In this document: positions 9,520 through 19,690 of the stretch, one piece after another
Position numbering within the stretch: position 1 is the first letter of the stretch
Layout: each line of letters opens with the position of its first letter
Assembly (NCBI RefSeq): GCF_000143415.4
Contig: NW_003314377.1
Location: 487,298-507,213 of the forward strand
Source: Selaginella moellendorffii
Lineage: Eukaryota; Plantae; Lycopodiophyta
DNA: 19,916 bases
Reading direction: 5' to 3'
Made by a program: the position numbers and the translations under genes
The notes under the pieces: model-generated
Told to the model about the DNA's origin: nothing
What the model saw: only the letters and a program-made list of their open reading frames with translations
The model's database searches: none

Positions 9520-10360
9520 TTCTGATCTCTTTTGTGGTTAAAAGACTTGAATCAATTCATTATGAAATTTTTGCATAGACTATGCAATTCATTCTTTTAT
9601 TTTCCTTCACCTTGCTGTAAATAATGTTCACATTGAGCATGTCCAGTAACTATGACAATTCAAATGATCACCTTTATTTTATAGCACATGCTGTCAAACA
9701 CATTGTATGCATCCCTGCAGTTTCCATAAATTTTCCACTTAAAGAGAAAAATCCAACCCATAACCGACTACAACTTATAAATGTGATTATCAGTTCAAAG
9801 AACTTCAAGAAAAAAACAAGCATCTAAAGCCATGAGAAGGTGATCTTTTTTTATCTTAGGCCTGCATTTTGCTCTATCAGAAATGTATATTGCAACTTTC
9901 CATGCCAAGTATATGTGCTAAATGACAATCGTCCAAGGCTTAAAACTCCACTAAAACATAATTGCACTTCAAGACTATTGCTCAACTAATAAGAACCCTT
10001 CCAGACACAAGTATGCATAGAGGTGGATTGCTTGCTTACCACACTCATGCGACACATAGACAGTGATCATCATGTTTCATCCCGCTCAATCAAATGCATC
10101 TCAACATATAAACTCAACTACTAGAAAGAATTCAAGCACAGATTTACTTGCCCTTGGAGAGAATCTCCCAGCACAGTGCAAACACCCATGGCCTTCAGAA
10201 GAGTGATCTCATTGCCCTCCATGCCTCCAAGGGTGCGAACTCTTACTCCAAGTACGTTTCTCAGTGGTCGAGGCTTTTGAGAGGTAAAATCGAACCCTAT
10301 CCTCCTTTTGCCCTTTCTTTTGTCGATCTTCCTCAAATCCCGAAACAATGATGAAAGAAT
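9520..10360 (-). pseudogene. Highly decayed PLS-class pentatricopeptide repeat (PPR) gene relic
   Basis: Minus-strand pieces GMEGNEITLLKAMGVCTVLGDSLQG, KITF/LMALDAC and IYGNCRDAYNVFDSM...IVTGHAQ resemble PPR consensus G..PNEITF..L.AC and MYGKCG..DA..VFD.M...I.GYAQ. Many frameshifts; boundaries approximate. Confidence 0.7.
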
Positions 10361-10754
10361 CGCTTGGAACAGGTCCGGAAGTTTCGAATCAAAGAAATGG
10401 CAAGGGCGATGGAACAACGAGCGCTGGGGCGTGGGCGATCCGATCGCGCAGCTCGCCGCCAAGCCCGCTTGCAACTACAAGTAGTGTCTATCTGGAGCTG
10501 GAGGAGAGCTTGGCGAAGCACTTGGCTGGAGATCTCAGCGAAGAAACAGGCATCAACTTCGTGGACAGTCGTGTTTTCAGTCTCAGCCCTGCTCCAAGTC
10601 GGGTGTTCGCGTCCTCCTCAGGCTCTCTTTTGCTGGCACACACAGCGAGCTTGATCTCGGCATCACTTGGACAGCCCCGGTGGATTGGTCTCCGGCTCGG
10701 GCTCAGTTCTACACAAGCTGGTACTTGGCTGGCAGCGGGAATGCAAGGGGATCC

Positions 10755-10922
10755 TGTTGAGGTATATGCTCTCAATGACATGATCCTAGGTGGCAGGAGT
10801 GCCACTTCACTGATCCAGGTGTAGGCTAGAGGTGTGTCTCTTCATCCTGTATATATAGCTATGATATATACGATTATCCTGAGAGTCATCCACCATCGTA
10901 GCTTCCGCTCTTCTTCTCTTCA
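10755..10922 (+). repeat. 5' LTR of TRIM
   Basis: TGTTGAGG...CTCTTCA with TATA-like TATATATA; 4 mismatches to the 3' LTR. Confidence 0.96.
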
Positions 10923-10935
10923 TGGTATCGGAGCC
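10923..10935 (+). promoter_or_regulatory. Primer binding site for initiator tRNA-Met
   Basis: TGGTATCGGAGCC versus canonical plant TGGTATCAGAGCC, directly after the LTR CA. Confidence 0.92.
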
Positions 10936-11760
10936 CTGAGGGCTTCAGATCCTGGGACGATGGCGCTGGCCCAGGAGGAGGCTAGCGAGGATGACGATGA
11001 GCCACCGGACGTGGCTGAGAGGTGCCAGGATTTGGCACTGTGCTGCACTGAGCGCCAAGATAACGGCACTAGCAAGCTGAGCAAGGCGCTAGGGTGTGAT
11101 CGAGCAGAGACTGGCCTGGAGGCACTGGTAGAGGCGCTGAGAGAGGGCTGGCGCGAGGCACTGGCCGAGCAGAGGTGAGCGCTGGGCACCCTGTAGGGTA
11201 GAGGCGCGAGACACCACGGGCTGCAGGCAGAGGTGCGAGGGATTGGAGTGCTGGGGCGCTGGTGGACTGGACAGAGGTGCTGTCCAGAGGCAAGCGAGTG
11301 CTGGGCTGTGAGAGGGCTCCGTAGCAGAGGGAGAGAGCCGTTAGGACTCTGGCCAAGGAGGCTTGATCGAGGCTGAGACGATGAGGGCTGGCTTGAGGCA
11401 CCGGAGCGCTGAGTGAGGTGCTGGTGTGAGATAGCGACCCTAAGAGAGTGGTGCAAGGCACGAGCAGAGAGGCGCTGGCAGAGGCGCTGAGAGAGGAGAG
11501 ACTGCGATCAGAGGCCGAGGCGCTAGGGCGTGCAAGGCCTGCAGAGACTCACCAGAGGTGAGTGCCGGGCATAGAGGCACGAGGCCCCGAGGGCTGGCCG
11601 AGCAGAGACTCCACTGGAGCGCTGAGTGAGGCGCTGGTGTGAGAAGGTGCTGGCAGAGGCGCTGAGAGGAGGCACTGAGCAGAGACAGATTTCTGTCGTG
11701 GATACGACAGAGTGCTTGGATGCAGAGGGAGAGTGATCTCAGATTCATGTCATCGAGATC

Positions 11761-11769
11761 GAGAGGGAG
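11761..11769 (+). promoter_or_regulatory. Polypurine tract of TRIM
   Basis: GAGAGGGAG abutting the 3' LTR TGTTG. Confidence 0.88.
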
Positions 11770-11937
11770 TGTTGAGGTATACGCTCTCAATGACATGATC
11801 CTAGGTGGCAGGAGTGCCACTTCACTTATCCAGGTGTAGGCTAGAGGTGTGTCTCTTCATCATGTATATATAGCTCTGATATATACGATTATCCTGAGAG
11901 TCATCCACCATCGTAGCTTCCGCTCTTCTTCTCTTCA
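11770..11937 (+). repeat. 3' LTR of TRIM
   Basis: 168-bp direct repeat of 10755-10922. Confidence 0.96.
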
Positions 11938-12189
11938 GATCCATCGTGATTTCGTTTCGGGCAAATGATGGTTCTTCCCGGGACTGTTACTCTCCAGGCA
12001 TCGAGGCAGCCGAGGATGATACCGAGGTATGTTCGTTTGAATGGCCACACGCTACAGGTTTCGTTGGATTGCCGAAACATGGAGTTTTGGGACTGATGAG
12101 ATTCACACCAGCAGAAGATCGCAAAGCTCCTGCGGCTGTGGAGATTGCTCAGCGAGTTTCTATTGCAACCCAGGCCATAACTCTTGACG

Positions 12190-14420
12190 ATCCATTACCA
12201 CAATGATCGATTCACAACCCAAGAGGGGGCTTTGCCAAGGACGAAACACCGAGCAGCACAAATGCGGGGGATAATCTCGTCTGGTGGGCGATCTAACAAA
12301 AACGCCATGGATTTCGCAAAGACCCCTGTCATATGGTTCAAGTACATGGTATGATTTTTTTATTACGGGAACCTGGTTGTCGAGATGATGGCTATCAGGT
12401 AAGTGTAGAGGTAAACCGTTGTAGAAGACCTGGGTTCGATGCCGAAGGGTCCACTCAACAAGGACTTTTATGCAAAAAATTTGCTAAATAAGGAGCCATT
12501 ATTCTGGTTCGCCGGCTCACAAAAACAGCTTAGACCAGTCATTTAGGACATCGGTCTCCCAAAACAAACGTTTCGGGTTCGATTCTCTTCCCGATATTTG
12601 TAAATACCAAATACTGAATCATCGTCGATCATCAATGCGGATGCTCTGGCATCGCGACGCTGGAGCACCTCAGCCTTGCGCAGATTGACGTGGGCAAGCT
12701 GGAGACTGCGGCAGCTGTGATAATCCATTTCCTGGCCTATCGGCGCAGCGGCGGCTCCAGCCCTGGCAGCTGATTCTCTTGTCTCGTCTGATTCCATTGA
12801 CAAGACATGATCGATCGCAGGCGCTCCTCCTGTCGCTCCTCCTCCTCCTCGCAGTGTAGCTTTCTCGACGCTGACCTTGTGTTTGGCGCCCTGGCGGCGG
12901 GATACGTTTTCAGGGACCAAGGTTGAGAGGTATGAACTTCCAGAGAAGTAGACTTTGTAAGCTTTCGGTGTGCTTTCCAGGTTCAGGGCTGTGCTTGGAC
13001 ACATTCACCATCCATTCCTGTCACGAACAGGCAATTCCGTCCTCAGGCAGCTCAAGTGGACGAAGTTCTCCATGTGCCTGGTGGGTTTGGGGGAATTAAA
13101 CAAGCCCGCTTTTTCTCGGAGAGACTGCCGTCCTGCCCGAGCTTGATACTCCTCCCGATTTTAGCACCCAAAAATCACCCCGATTCTTGAGACGCATCAA
13201 GGATATTTACTAGCCAGACTTCCATGGTGTCTACATGAAAGGTTTATGCGAAGGAGGACGCCACCCTCACTGTCAGAGCGTGGTCGAGGCTTTTGACAAG
13301 CGCCAAAGGGGTGATTACAGTTCCCTAGGATCACCCCCGCATTGATCTGCCACAGGAGAACTAAATCTCTCGTGCCTCTTGATTATTGCTAGTGAGAGCA
13401 GCAGGAGCTTGATGGTGCAGAACTACCACTTTCTGTTCTATCTGGAAGCGTCCCAGTTGTCACCGCACCAAATGCCACGAACTTTCAATTGCTATCTAGG
13501 GCATAAAATGAGTAACTATCACAAATATTCTTTTGCATAGCTCGAACCAAGGCACCACTGGACTACTGATCTTTCATAACATTATTAAGAAAGGAAGGCT
13601 TTGATGTGAAAAAAGCCTGATCTTGTCCATAACCAATAAGAGGTGGGATAGAGGATCAGCAAGCAATCCCAAAGTGTATGCGACATTTCTACTTCCATAC
13701 TTTTTATGCTAGAACCAGTGCACAAGGTTGCATCAACTTTTTTCATATATGAGCTTTTATGATTTCTTGGTGAGTTCTCAATTGTTTTCTGGATCTATCA
13801 CTTTCACTTTATCCCATCATTCATCACATTTTTTTTATCTCAAGCCTTCCTAGTGCATTTTGCTCTATCACAAATGTATATTGCAACTTTCCATGCCAAC
13901 TATATGTGCTAAATGACAATTGTCCAAGGCTCAAAACTCCACTAAAAGATACTTGAACTTCAAGACTATTGCACTCAATATACATGCTAATAAGAACAAC
14001 CTGGGTAGAGACAAAATTGCTACCTGGCAAAACATCAACCCATTTTGTCCCTTCTAGACATAAGTATGCATAGAGGTGGATTGCTTGCTTACCACACTCA
14101 TGCAACACGTACACACTGATCATCGTGTTTCATCCTGCTCAATCAAATGCATCTCAATGAGCCCACACTTTCCATACATATAAACTCAACTACTAGAAAG
14201 AATTCAAGCACAGATTTACTTGCCCTTGGAGAGAATCTCCCAGCACAGTGCAAACACCCATGGCCTTCAGAAGAGTGATCTCATTGCCCTCCATGCCTCC
14301 AAGGGTGCGAACTCTTACTCCAAGCTTTTGAGAGGTAAAATCGAAACCTATCCTCCTTTTGCCCTTTCTTTTGTCGATCTTCCAGCTCGTAAGTCCTCAA
14401 ATCCCGAAACGATGATGAAA
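12190..14420 (-). pseudogene. Decayed PLS-class PPR relic spanning the junction of the two duplicated copies
   Basis: MYGKCGLIE (starts 14179), MISVYVLHECGKQAIHLYAYLCLEG, VLISMYIECNSLE, GTLPDR..SSC, VILGN/VIT/FGAC/KSLDHALTV, MDYHSCRSLQLAH..RRDA, GIEP, PDEI. Strong for 13850-14190, weaker elsewhere. Confidence 0.62.
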
Positions 14421-17036
14421 GAATCGCTTGGAACAGGTCCGGAAGTTTCGAATCAAAGAAATGGCAAGGGCGATGGAACAACGAGCGCTGGGGCGTGGGC
14501 GATCCGATCGCGCAGCCCACGTCGTTGGCTGGACGTCGACGTCCACCTCTGGAAATGCCGTGAGCTCCACTCCCACTGGCTTGGCGGCGAGCTGCTCTCT
14601 CGGGCCTCTTTTGCGCATCGATCAACTTCCTCGAATTGGTTCTCGTCGAGGCCCGAGGCAAACCGGACAGGAGGAGGAGGAGCTTTCGACGCTCCTGGCA
14701 TGAAGAGGGTGGTGAAAGGAAAGAAATGGAGCAAGAGCGAGCACTCCCGAGAGAAGCACTCTGTAGAACGCCACGGCTCACGCCATGGCTCACGCTTCTC
14801 CCATGTAGAGACAAGGCTGGGCTCACGACGCTCCTGGACAGGCAGACGATTTACAGTGGTATGTACCATTCCCAGAGGCTGCTTATCACTTCCGGTGACT
14901 TCGATCGGGACGAAGAAGGCACGACATTGGAGCAGGTTGTTTTCCGAAAGCTGCAAGACTGGAGACTCTCCAGCATGTTTGGCTCAAAGCTGGTAGGCAA
15001 GTGCCCGGTTGCAACTACAAGTAGTGTCTATCTGGAGCTGGAGGAGAGCTTGGCGAAGCACTTGGCTGGAGATCTCAGCGAAGAAACAGGCATCAACTTC
15101 GCGGACAGTCGTGTTTTCAGTCTCAGCCCTGCTCCAAGTCGGGTGTTTGTGTCCTCCTCAGGCTCTCTTTTGCTGGCACACACAGCGAGCTTGATCTCGG
15201 CATCACTTGGACAGCCCCGGTGGATTGGTCTCCGGCTCGGGCTCAGTTCTACACAAGCTGGTACTTGGCTGGCAGCGGGAATGCAAGGGGATCCATCGTG
15301 ATTTCGTTTCGGGCAAATGATGGTTCTTCCCGGGACTGTTACTCTCCAGGCATCGAGGCAGCCGAGGATGATACCGAGGTATGTTCGTTTGAATGGCCAC
15401 ACGCTACAGGTTTCGTTGGATTGCCGAAACGTGGAGTTTTGGGACTGATGAGATTCACACCAGCAGAAGATCGCAAAGCTCCTGCGGCTGTGGAGATTGC
15501 TCTGCGAGTTTCTATTGCAACCCAGGCCATAACTCTTGACGATCCATTACCACGATGATCGATTCAGAACCCAAGAGGGGGCTTTGCCAAGGACGAAACG
15601 CCGAGCAGCACGAATGCGGGGAATAATCTCGTCTGGTGGGCGATCTAACAAAAACGCCATGGATTTCGCAAAGACCCCTGTCATATGGTTCAAGTACATG
15701 GTATGATTTTTTTATTACGGGAACCCGGTTGCCGAGATGATGGCTATCAGGTAAGTGTAGAGGTAAACCGTTGTAGAAGACCCGGGTTCGATGCCGAAGG
15801 GTCCACTCAACAAGGACTTTTATGCAAAAATTTTGCTAAATAAGGAGCCATTATTCTGGTTCGCCGGCTCACAAAAACAGCTTAGACCAGTCATTTAGGA
15901 CATCGGTCTCCCAAAACAAACGTTTCGGGTTCGATTCTCTTCCCGATATTTGTAAATACCAAATACTGAATCATCGTCGATCATCAATGCGGATGCTCTG
16001 GCATCGCGACGCTGGAGTTGCGCAGATTGACGTGGGCAAGCTGGAGACTGCGGCGGCTGTGATAATCCATTTCCTGGCCTATCGGCGCAGCGGCGGCTCC
16101 AGCCCTGGCAGCTGATTCTCTTGTCTCGTCTGATTCCATTGACAAGACATGATCGATCGCAGGCGCTCCTCCTCCTCCTCGCAGTGTAGCTTTCTCGACG
16201 CTGACCTTGTGTTTGGCGCCCTGGCGGCGGGATACGTTTTCAGGGACCAAGGTTGAGAGGTATGAACTTCCAGAGAAGTAGACTTTGTAAGCTTTCGGTG
16301 TGATCTTTCCAGGTTCAGGGCTGTGCTTGGAGCATCGACGCCACACATTCACCATCCATTCCTGTCACGAACAGGCAATTCCATCCTCAGGCAGCTCAAG
16401 TGGACGAAGTTCTCCATGTGCCTGGTGGGTTTGGGGGAATCAAACAAGCCCGCTTTTTCTCGGAGAGACTGCCGTCCTGCCCGAGCTTGATACTCCTCCC
16501 GATTTTAGCACCCAAAAATCACCCCGATTCTTGAGACGCATCAAGGATATTTACTAGCCAGACTTCCATGGTGTCTACATGAAAGGTTTATGCGAAGGAG
16601 GACGCCACCCTCACTGTCAGAGCGTGGTCGAGGCTTTTGACAAGCGCCAAAGGGGTGATTACAGTTCCCCCGCATTGATCTGCCACAGGAAAACTAAATC
16701 TCTCGTGCCTCTTGATTATTGCTAGATGGTGCAGAACTACCACTTTCTGTTCTGTCTGGAAGCGTCCCAGTTGTCACCGCACCAAATGCCACGAACTTTC
16801 AATTGCTATCTAGGGTATAAAATGAGTAACTATCACAAATATTCTTTTGCATAGCTCGAACCAAGGCACCACTGGACTACTGATCTTTCATAACATTATT
16901 AAGAAAGGAAGGCTTTAATGTGAAAAAAGCCTGATCTTGTCCATAACCAATAAGAGGTGGGATAGAGGATCAGCAAGCAATCTCAAAGTGTATGCGACAT
17001 TTCTACTTCCATATTTTTTATGCTAGAACCAGTGCA
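13830..17036 (+). repeat. Tandem segmental duplication, copy 2
   Basis: Direct repeat of 9846-13722, separated from it by ~107 bp of unique sequence. Confidence 0.97.
14434..15540 (+). pseudogene. GPI16: GPI transamidase subunit PIG-T/GPI16 fragment, copy 2 (frameshifts, micro-inversion)
   Basis: Gpi16 family blocks: KFRIKEM, QGRWNNERWG, AKPVGVEL (inverted), ALSGLFCASINFLE, ALPREALC..LTPWLTLLPCRDKAGL..LLDRQTIYSGMYHSQRL, WRLSSMFG, GSGNARGSI, HTLQV. N- and C-termini are absent. Confidence 0.92.
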
Positions 17037-17250
17037 TCTTAGATTCTTTGACAAGGAGAGGCACTAAAATAGCATGGGCATCACTTTGAGCACATCAAGA
17101 TAAAAAGTAATATTGTGTTGATCTCCAGAAAATTGAACACTAGTATCAGCAAGGCTTCTCATAGTTCTTGTATTTCTGGGACATGTGTATAGTGCCATTT
17201 ATTAAGCTCAATGAGAATAGAATTAACACCTTTAGCCTCATAGAATTTTG
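15545..17250 (-). pseudogene. Decayed PPR relic, paralogous to 12190-13722 and possibly extending past the duplication end
   Basis: Same fragments as in copy 1 plus MVNVWRRCS and NITFYLDVLK-like pieces; boundaries approximate. Confidence 0.5.
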
Positions 17251-18967
17251 GTACTAGTATAGGCAAGTTTATCAATTGAACAAAATTTACAAACTTTCTT
17301 AGCATTCAAAATTGTTGAGTACATTGTCCTATTAAAAGGTGAGCCAAGAAATATATACTTATAGATGGTGTACGTCTTAGTCAAATATATGTTGTTAGTT
17401 TTAGTATTTGTGAATTTGAGATTTTATAGCCTAATTCAACTGTTTCTTTTTAGATCATTCCATTTAAGGAGGTTTATTTATCCTATGCAAAGATTCCTCT
17501 TATTTGGCAAGTAAACATTGTGCCTTCAAAATGTTGAAAATGTGTGGTCTTGATATTGCACCAATTGTGGATATACTATTTGGTTTCTATCCCCTTCCAT
17601 TTGGAGCCTGTGCTGTTGACAAGAGGTGGTAGCGCGAAGAAAATATTGTTGTAGAAGGATAGAAATTCGCTCACAAGCCTATACAAAAATAAGTGCACGT
17701 CAAGTGAATTCGGCGCTGACACTAACATGATTTCTCCACTTGAACTAAAAGAGGACGAGAGAATAATGACTAACTTTTGCTTCACATTCACTTTAGCTAG
17801 AGCACATTTGGGCACTTTGATTGAAGATCCAAAAATTTGAATCTCCTTTAACTTAGAATTCTGTAAATCCTATTGTTATCCACCCTTACTTACACCCAAA
17901 AGAAGAAACTCTGAATATGCAACTATACTAGTGCTATTGTGAATCACAACCTTTAAAGAAATAGAGCCAAGACAAAGATTAAAATGTTGACATAACAAAC
18001 TTTTAGAAATAATATTCTAAGAGAATGAAAGAGGTGGGTGATCTCGAAAATGAAGAAGAAACCTCTCCATCCTTTTTAATAGATTTTAGAGTTTTCTCTC
18101 TTTATGCTACTTGTAAAAATCTATAGTGAAACATAATTGAAATTTAAATAAAGCAATAAGAAAAATATCAACAATGTACAAAATGAATTTAAATTCTATA
18201 GCAAATTTAACATGTGCAAGTGTGACAATATTAATATTACTGTTATCTATTATGATATCTGATGCATGTTATACACATAGATCCAAGGAAGGATTTTCAA
18301 GACGTGAAGTTTGATAGTTAATAATGATACTAGTAATGATATTTTGCTATAGCATGTCAACCAAGAGATATAATTTGACTGTCAGTATACGTGATATGTC
18401 AAGTTGTCAAATTTTAAGTGGTAGATGATAATAAATCTTGTTAAATCTTATTCTTCAATGACAGATTTGATTCGTAGTACAACTCAAGTTTTATCCATAA
18501 TTGTGAACACTACTCAATGACATTTAAAGCACGTGCCTATTGTTTAGGATCTAATACAACACAAAATAAATTTTTGGATGAGGATTCATCCATTCATAGA
18601 TGGATATCGTACAACATATTTTAATGTGCCTTATTTATACTCTTTAAAGTTCTTGTAACGATTCCAAAATATGTACAAAATATTGATGAGAATGCATCCT
18701 TTGTAGATAATTTGTAAAAAAAAATCATATCTCTAATAATAGAAATGTTGATAGGTGCTAGTTATATCATCATTAAAATATACAAAATAAAAAAGCATAA
18801 TTCACATATAATAATAATGATAAGATAAAATAAGATCGAAGATATTGTGATGGTTGAGATTTAGGTTATTTGGAATGAACAGCTGGGATGAAAGATTGGT
18901 TAGGGTTAGGGCAGCTATCATGATTAGGATTAGGGTAGCTGCCATTGCACCATAAGTGGAGCGCACA

Positions 18968-19175
18968 AGAGATCGAGGGATTGAGTGGGAAGGAGATCGA
19001 GGGATTGAGCATGCAATAGATCGAGTGATTGAGCACACAGGAGATTGAGAGATTGAGCGTGGAGCGCACGAGTGCGAGAGATTGAGTGCGGGAGAGTGCA
19101 AGAGATGGAGCGCACCAGTATGAACACGAGTTGAGATTGAGAGTGAGAGAGTGTGAGAAATCTAGCATGATCGAG
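18968..19175. repeat. GA-rich degenerate minisatellite, ~24-bp unit
   Basis: Repeats of (G)AGATCGAG(G/T)GATTGAG-N7 and GGAGCGCAC. Confidence 0.8.
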
Positions 19176-19271
19176 ATATCGGGAGGGAAAGATGCCACCA
19201 AGGGTGAGTTTTGATTTGATTGCTTTCACTTCTATTTCTTTATTTTTGCTTCTTTCTTGATTGTTTCTTCA

Positions 19272-19690
19272 GGGCCAGCCACCTCGAGCACTTTGGTCAC
19301 CCGAGGGGCCGAGGTTATTTGAATTACCTTAGCCCCTCGGACAACCAAAGTGCTTGAGGTTGAGCCTGGGCCAGCCACCTCGGGCACTTTGGCTGCCCGA
19401 GGGGCTGAGGTTATTCAAATAACCTCGGCCTGTCAAGCAGCCAAAGTGCCTGAGGTCAAGCCCAGGTTGGCCACTTCGGGCACTTTGGCTGCCCAAGGGG
19501 CTAAGGTTATTCAAATAACCTCGGCCTATCGAGCAGCCAAAGTGCCTGAGGTCAACCCCAAGCTAGCCACTTTGGGCACTTTGGTTGCCCAAGGGGTTAA
19601 GGTTATTCAAACAACCTCAACCCCTTGGGCAGCCAAAGTGCTTGAGGATGAGCCCAGGCCGGCCACCTCGGGTGGCCAAAGTGCTTGAGG
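19272..19690. repeat. Tandem array of 96-bp palindromic units (4 full plus a partial)
   Basis: GCCAC(C/T)T starts at 19278, 19374, 19470, 19566 and 19662. Each unit is an imperfect 39-bp arm, 2-nt loop, 39-bp inverted arm and 16-bp linker. Confidence 0.95.

Larger units (their letters stand above)
10755..11937 (+). mobile_element. Complete non-autonomous LTR retrotransposon (TRIM-like, copia-style ends), 1183 bp
   Basis: 168-bp TG..CA LTRs, PBS, PPT, 5-bp TSD GATCC (10750-10754 and 11938-11942). The paralogous empty site has a single GATCC at 15290-15294. No recognisable gag/pol. Confidence 0.96.
10370..12188 (+). pseudogene. GPI16: GPI transamidase subunit PIG-T/GPI16 fragment, copy 1 (internal deletion, interrupted by TRIM)
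   Basis: QVRKFRIKEM/QGRWNNERWGVGDPIAQLAAKP, deletion, ATTSSVYLELE...YLAGSGNARG [TRIM] SIVISFRA...FTPAEDRKAPAAVEI. Confidence 0.85.
9846..13722 (+). repeat. Tandem segmental duplication, copy 1
   Basis: Aligns with 13830-17036 and ends at shared AGAACCAGTGCA. About 99% identical from 10106 onward, apart from indels and the LTR insertion. Confidence 0.97.

Noticed and set aside
10252-10272. 21-nt GT..AG-bounded segment absent in copy 2, suggesting intron loss
   Set aside because: Too short for an intron, on the strand opposite the PPR relic, and similar in size to neighbouring indels.
10453-10462. Inverted templated insertion at the copy 1 deletion junction
   Set aside because: PIG-T homology (QLAAKP) shows copy 1 has the ancestral orientation; the inversion is in copy 2.
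12400-12595. tRNA-like remnants or SINE (two GGGTTCGAT B-box-like motifs, trnW-like GGTCTCCCAAAA); also at ~15760-15945
   Set aside because: No cloverleaf with paired acceptor and anticodon stems could be built; the motifs also read as I-E-P codons of PPR GIEP motifs on the minus strand. tRNAscan-SE would settle it.
9846-17036. The two long direct repeats as LTRs of one element, or as a Helitron/Pack-MULE
   Set aside because: Only ~107 bp apart, with no PBS/PPT, no TIRs and no convincing hairpin-CTAG end.
17576-17815. 79-aa minus-strand ORF and nearby partly open plus frame
   Set aside because: No recognisable motif; cannot be supported.
19278-19690. CRISPR array, or a 32-aa repeat protein (ORF 19350-19688)
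   Set aside because: Linkers are 16 bp and homologous, repeats are 80 bp, context is eukaryotic with no cas genes. The ORF has no ATG and follows from a 96-bp period divisible by three.
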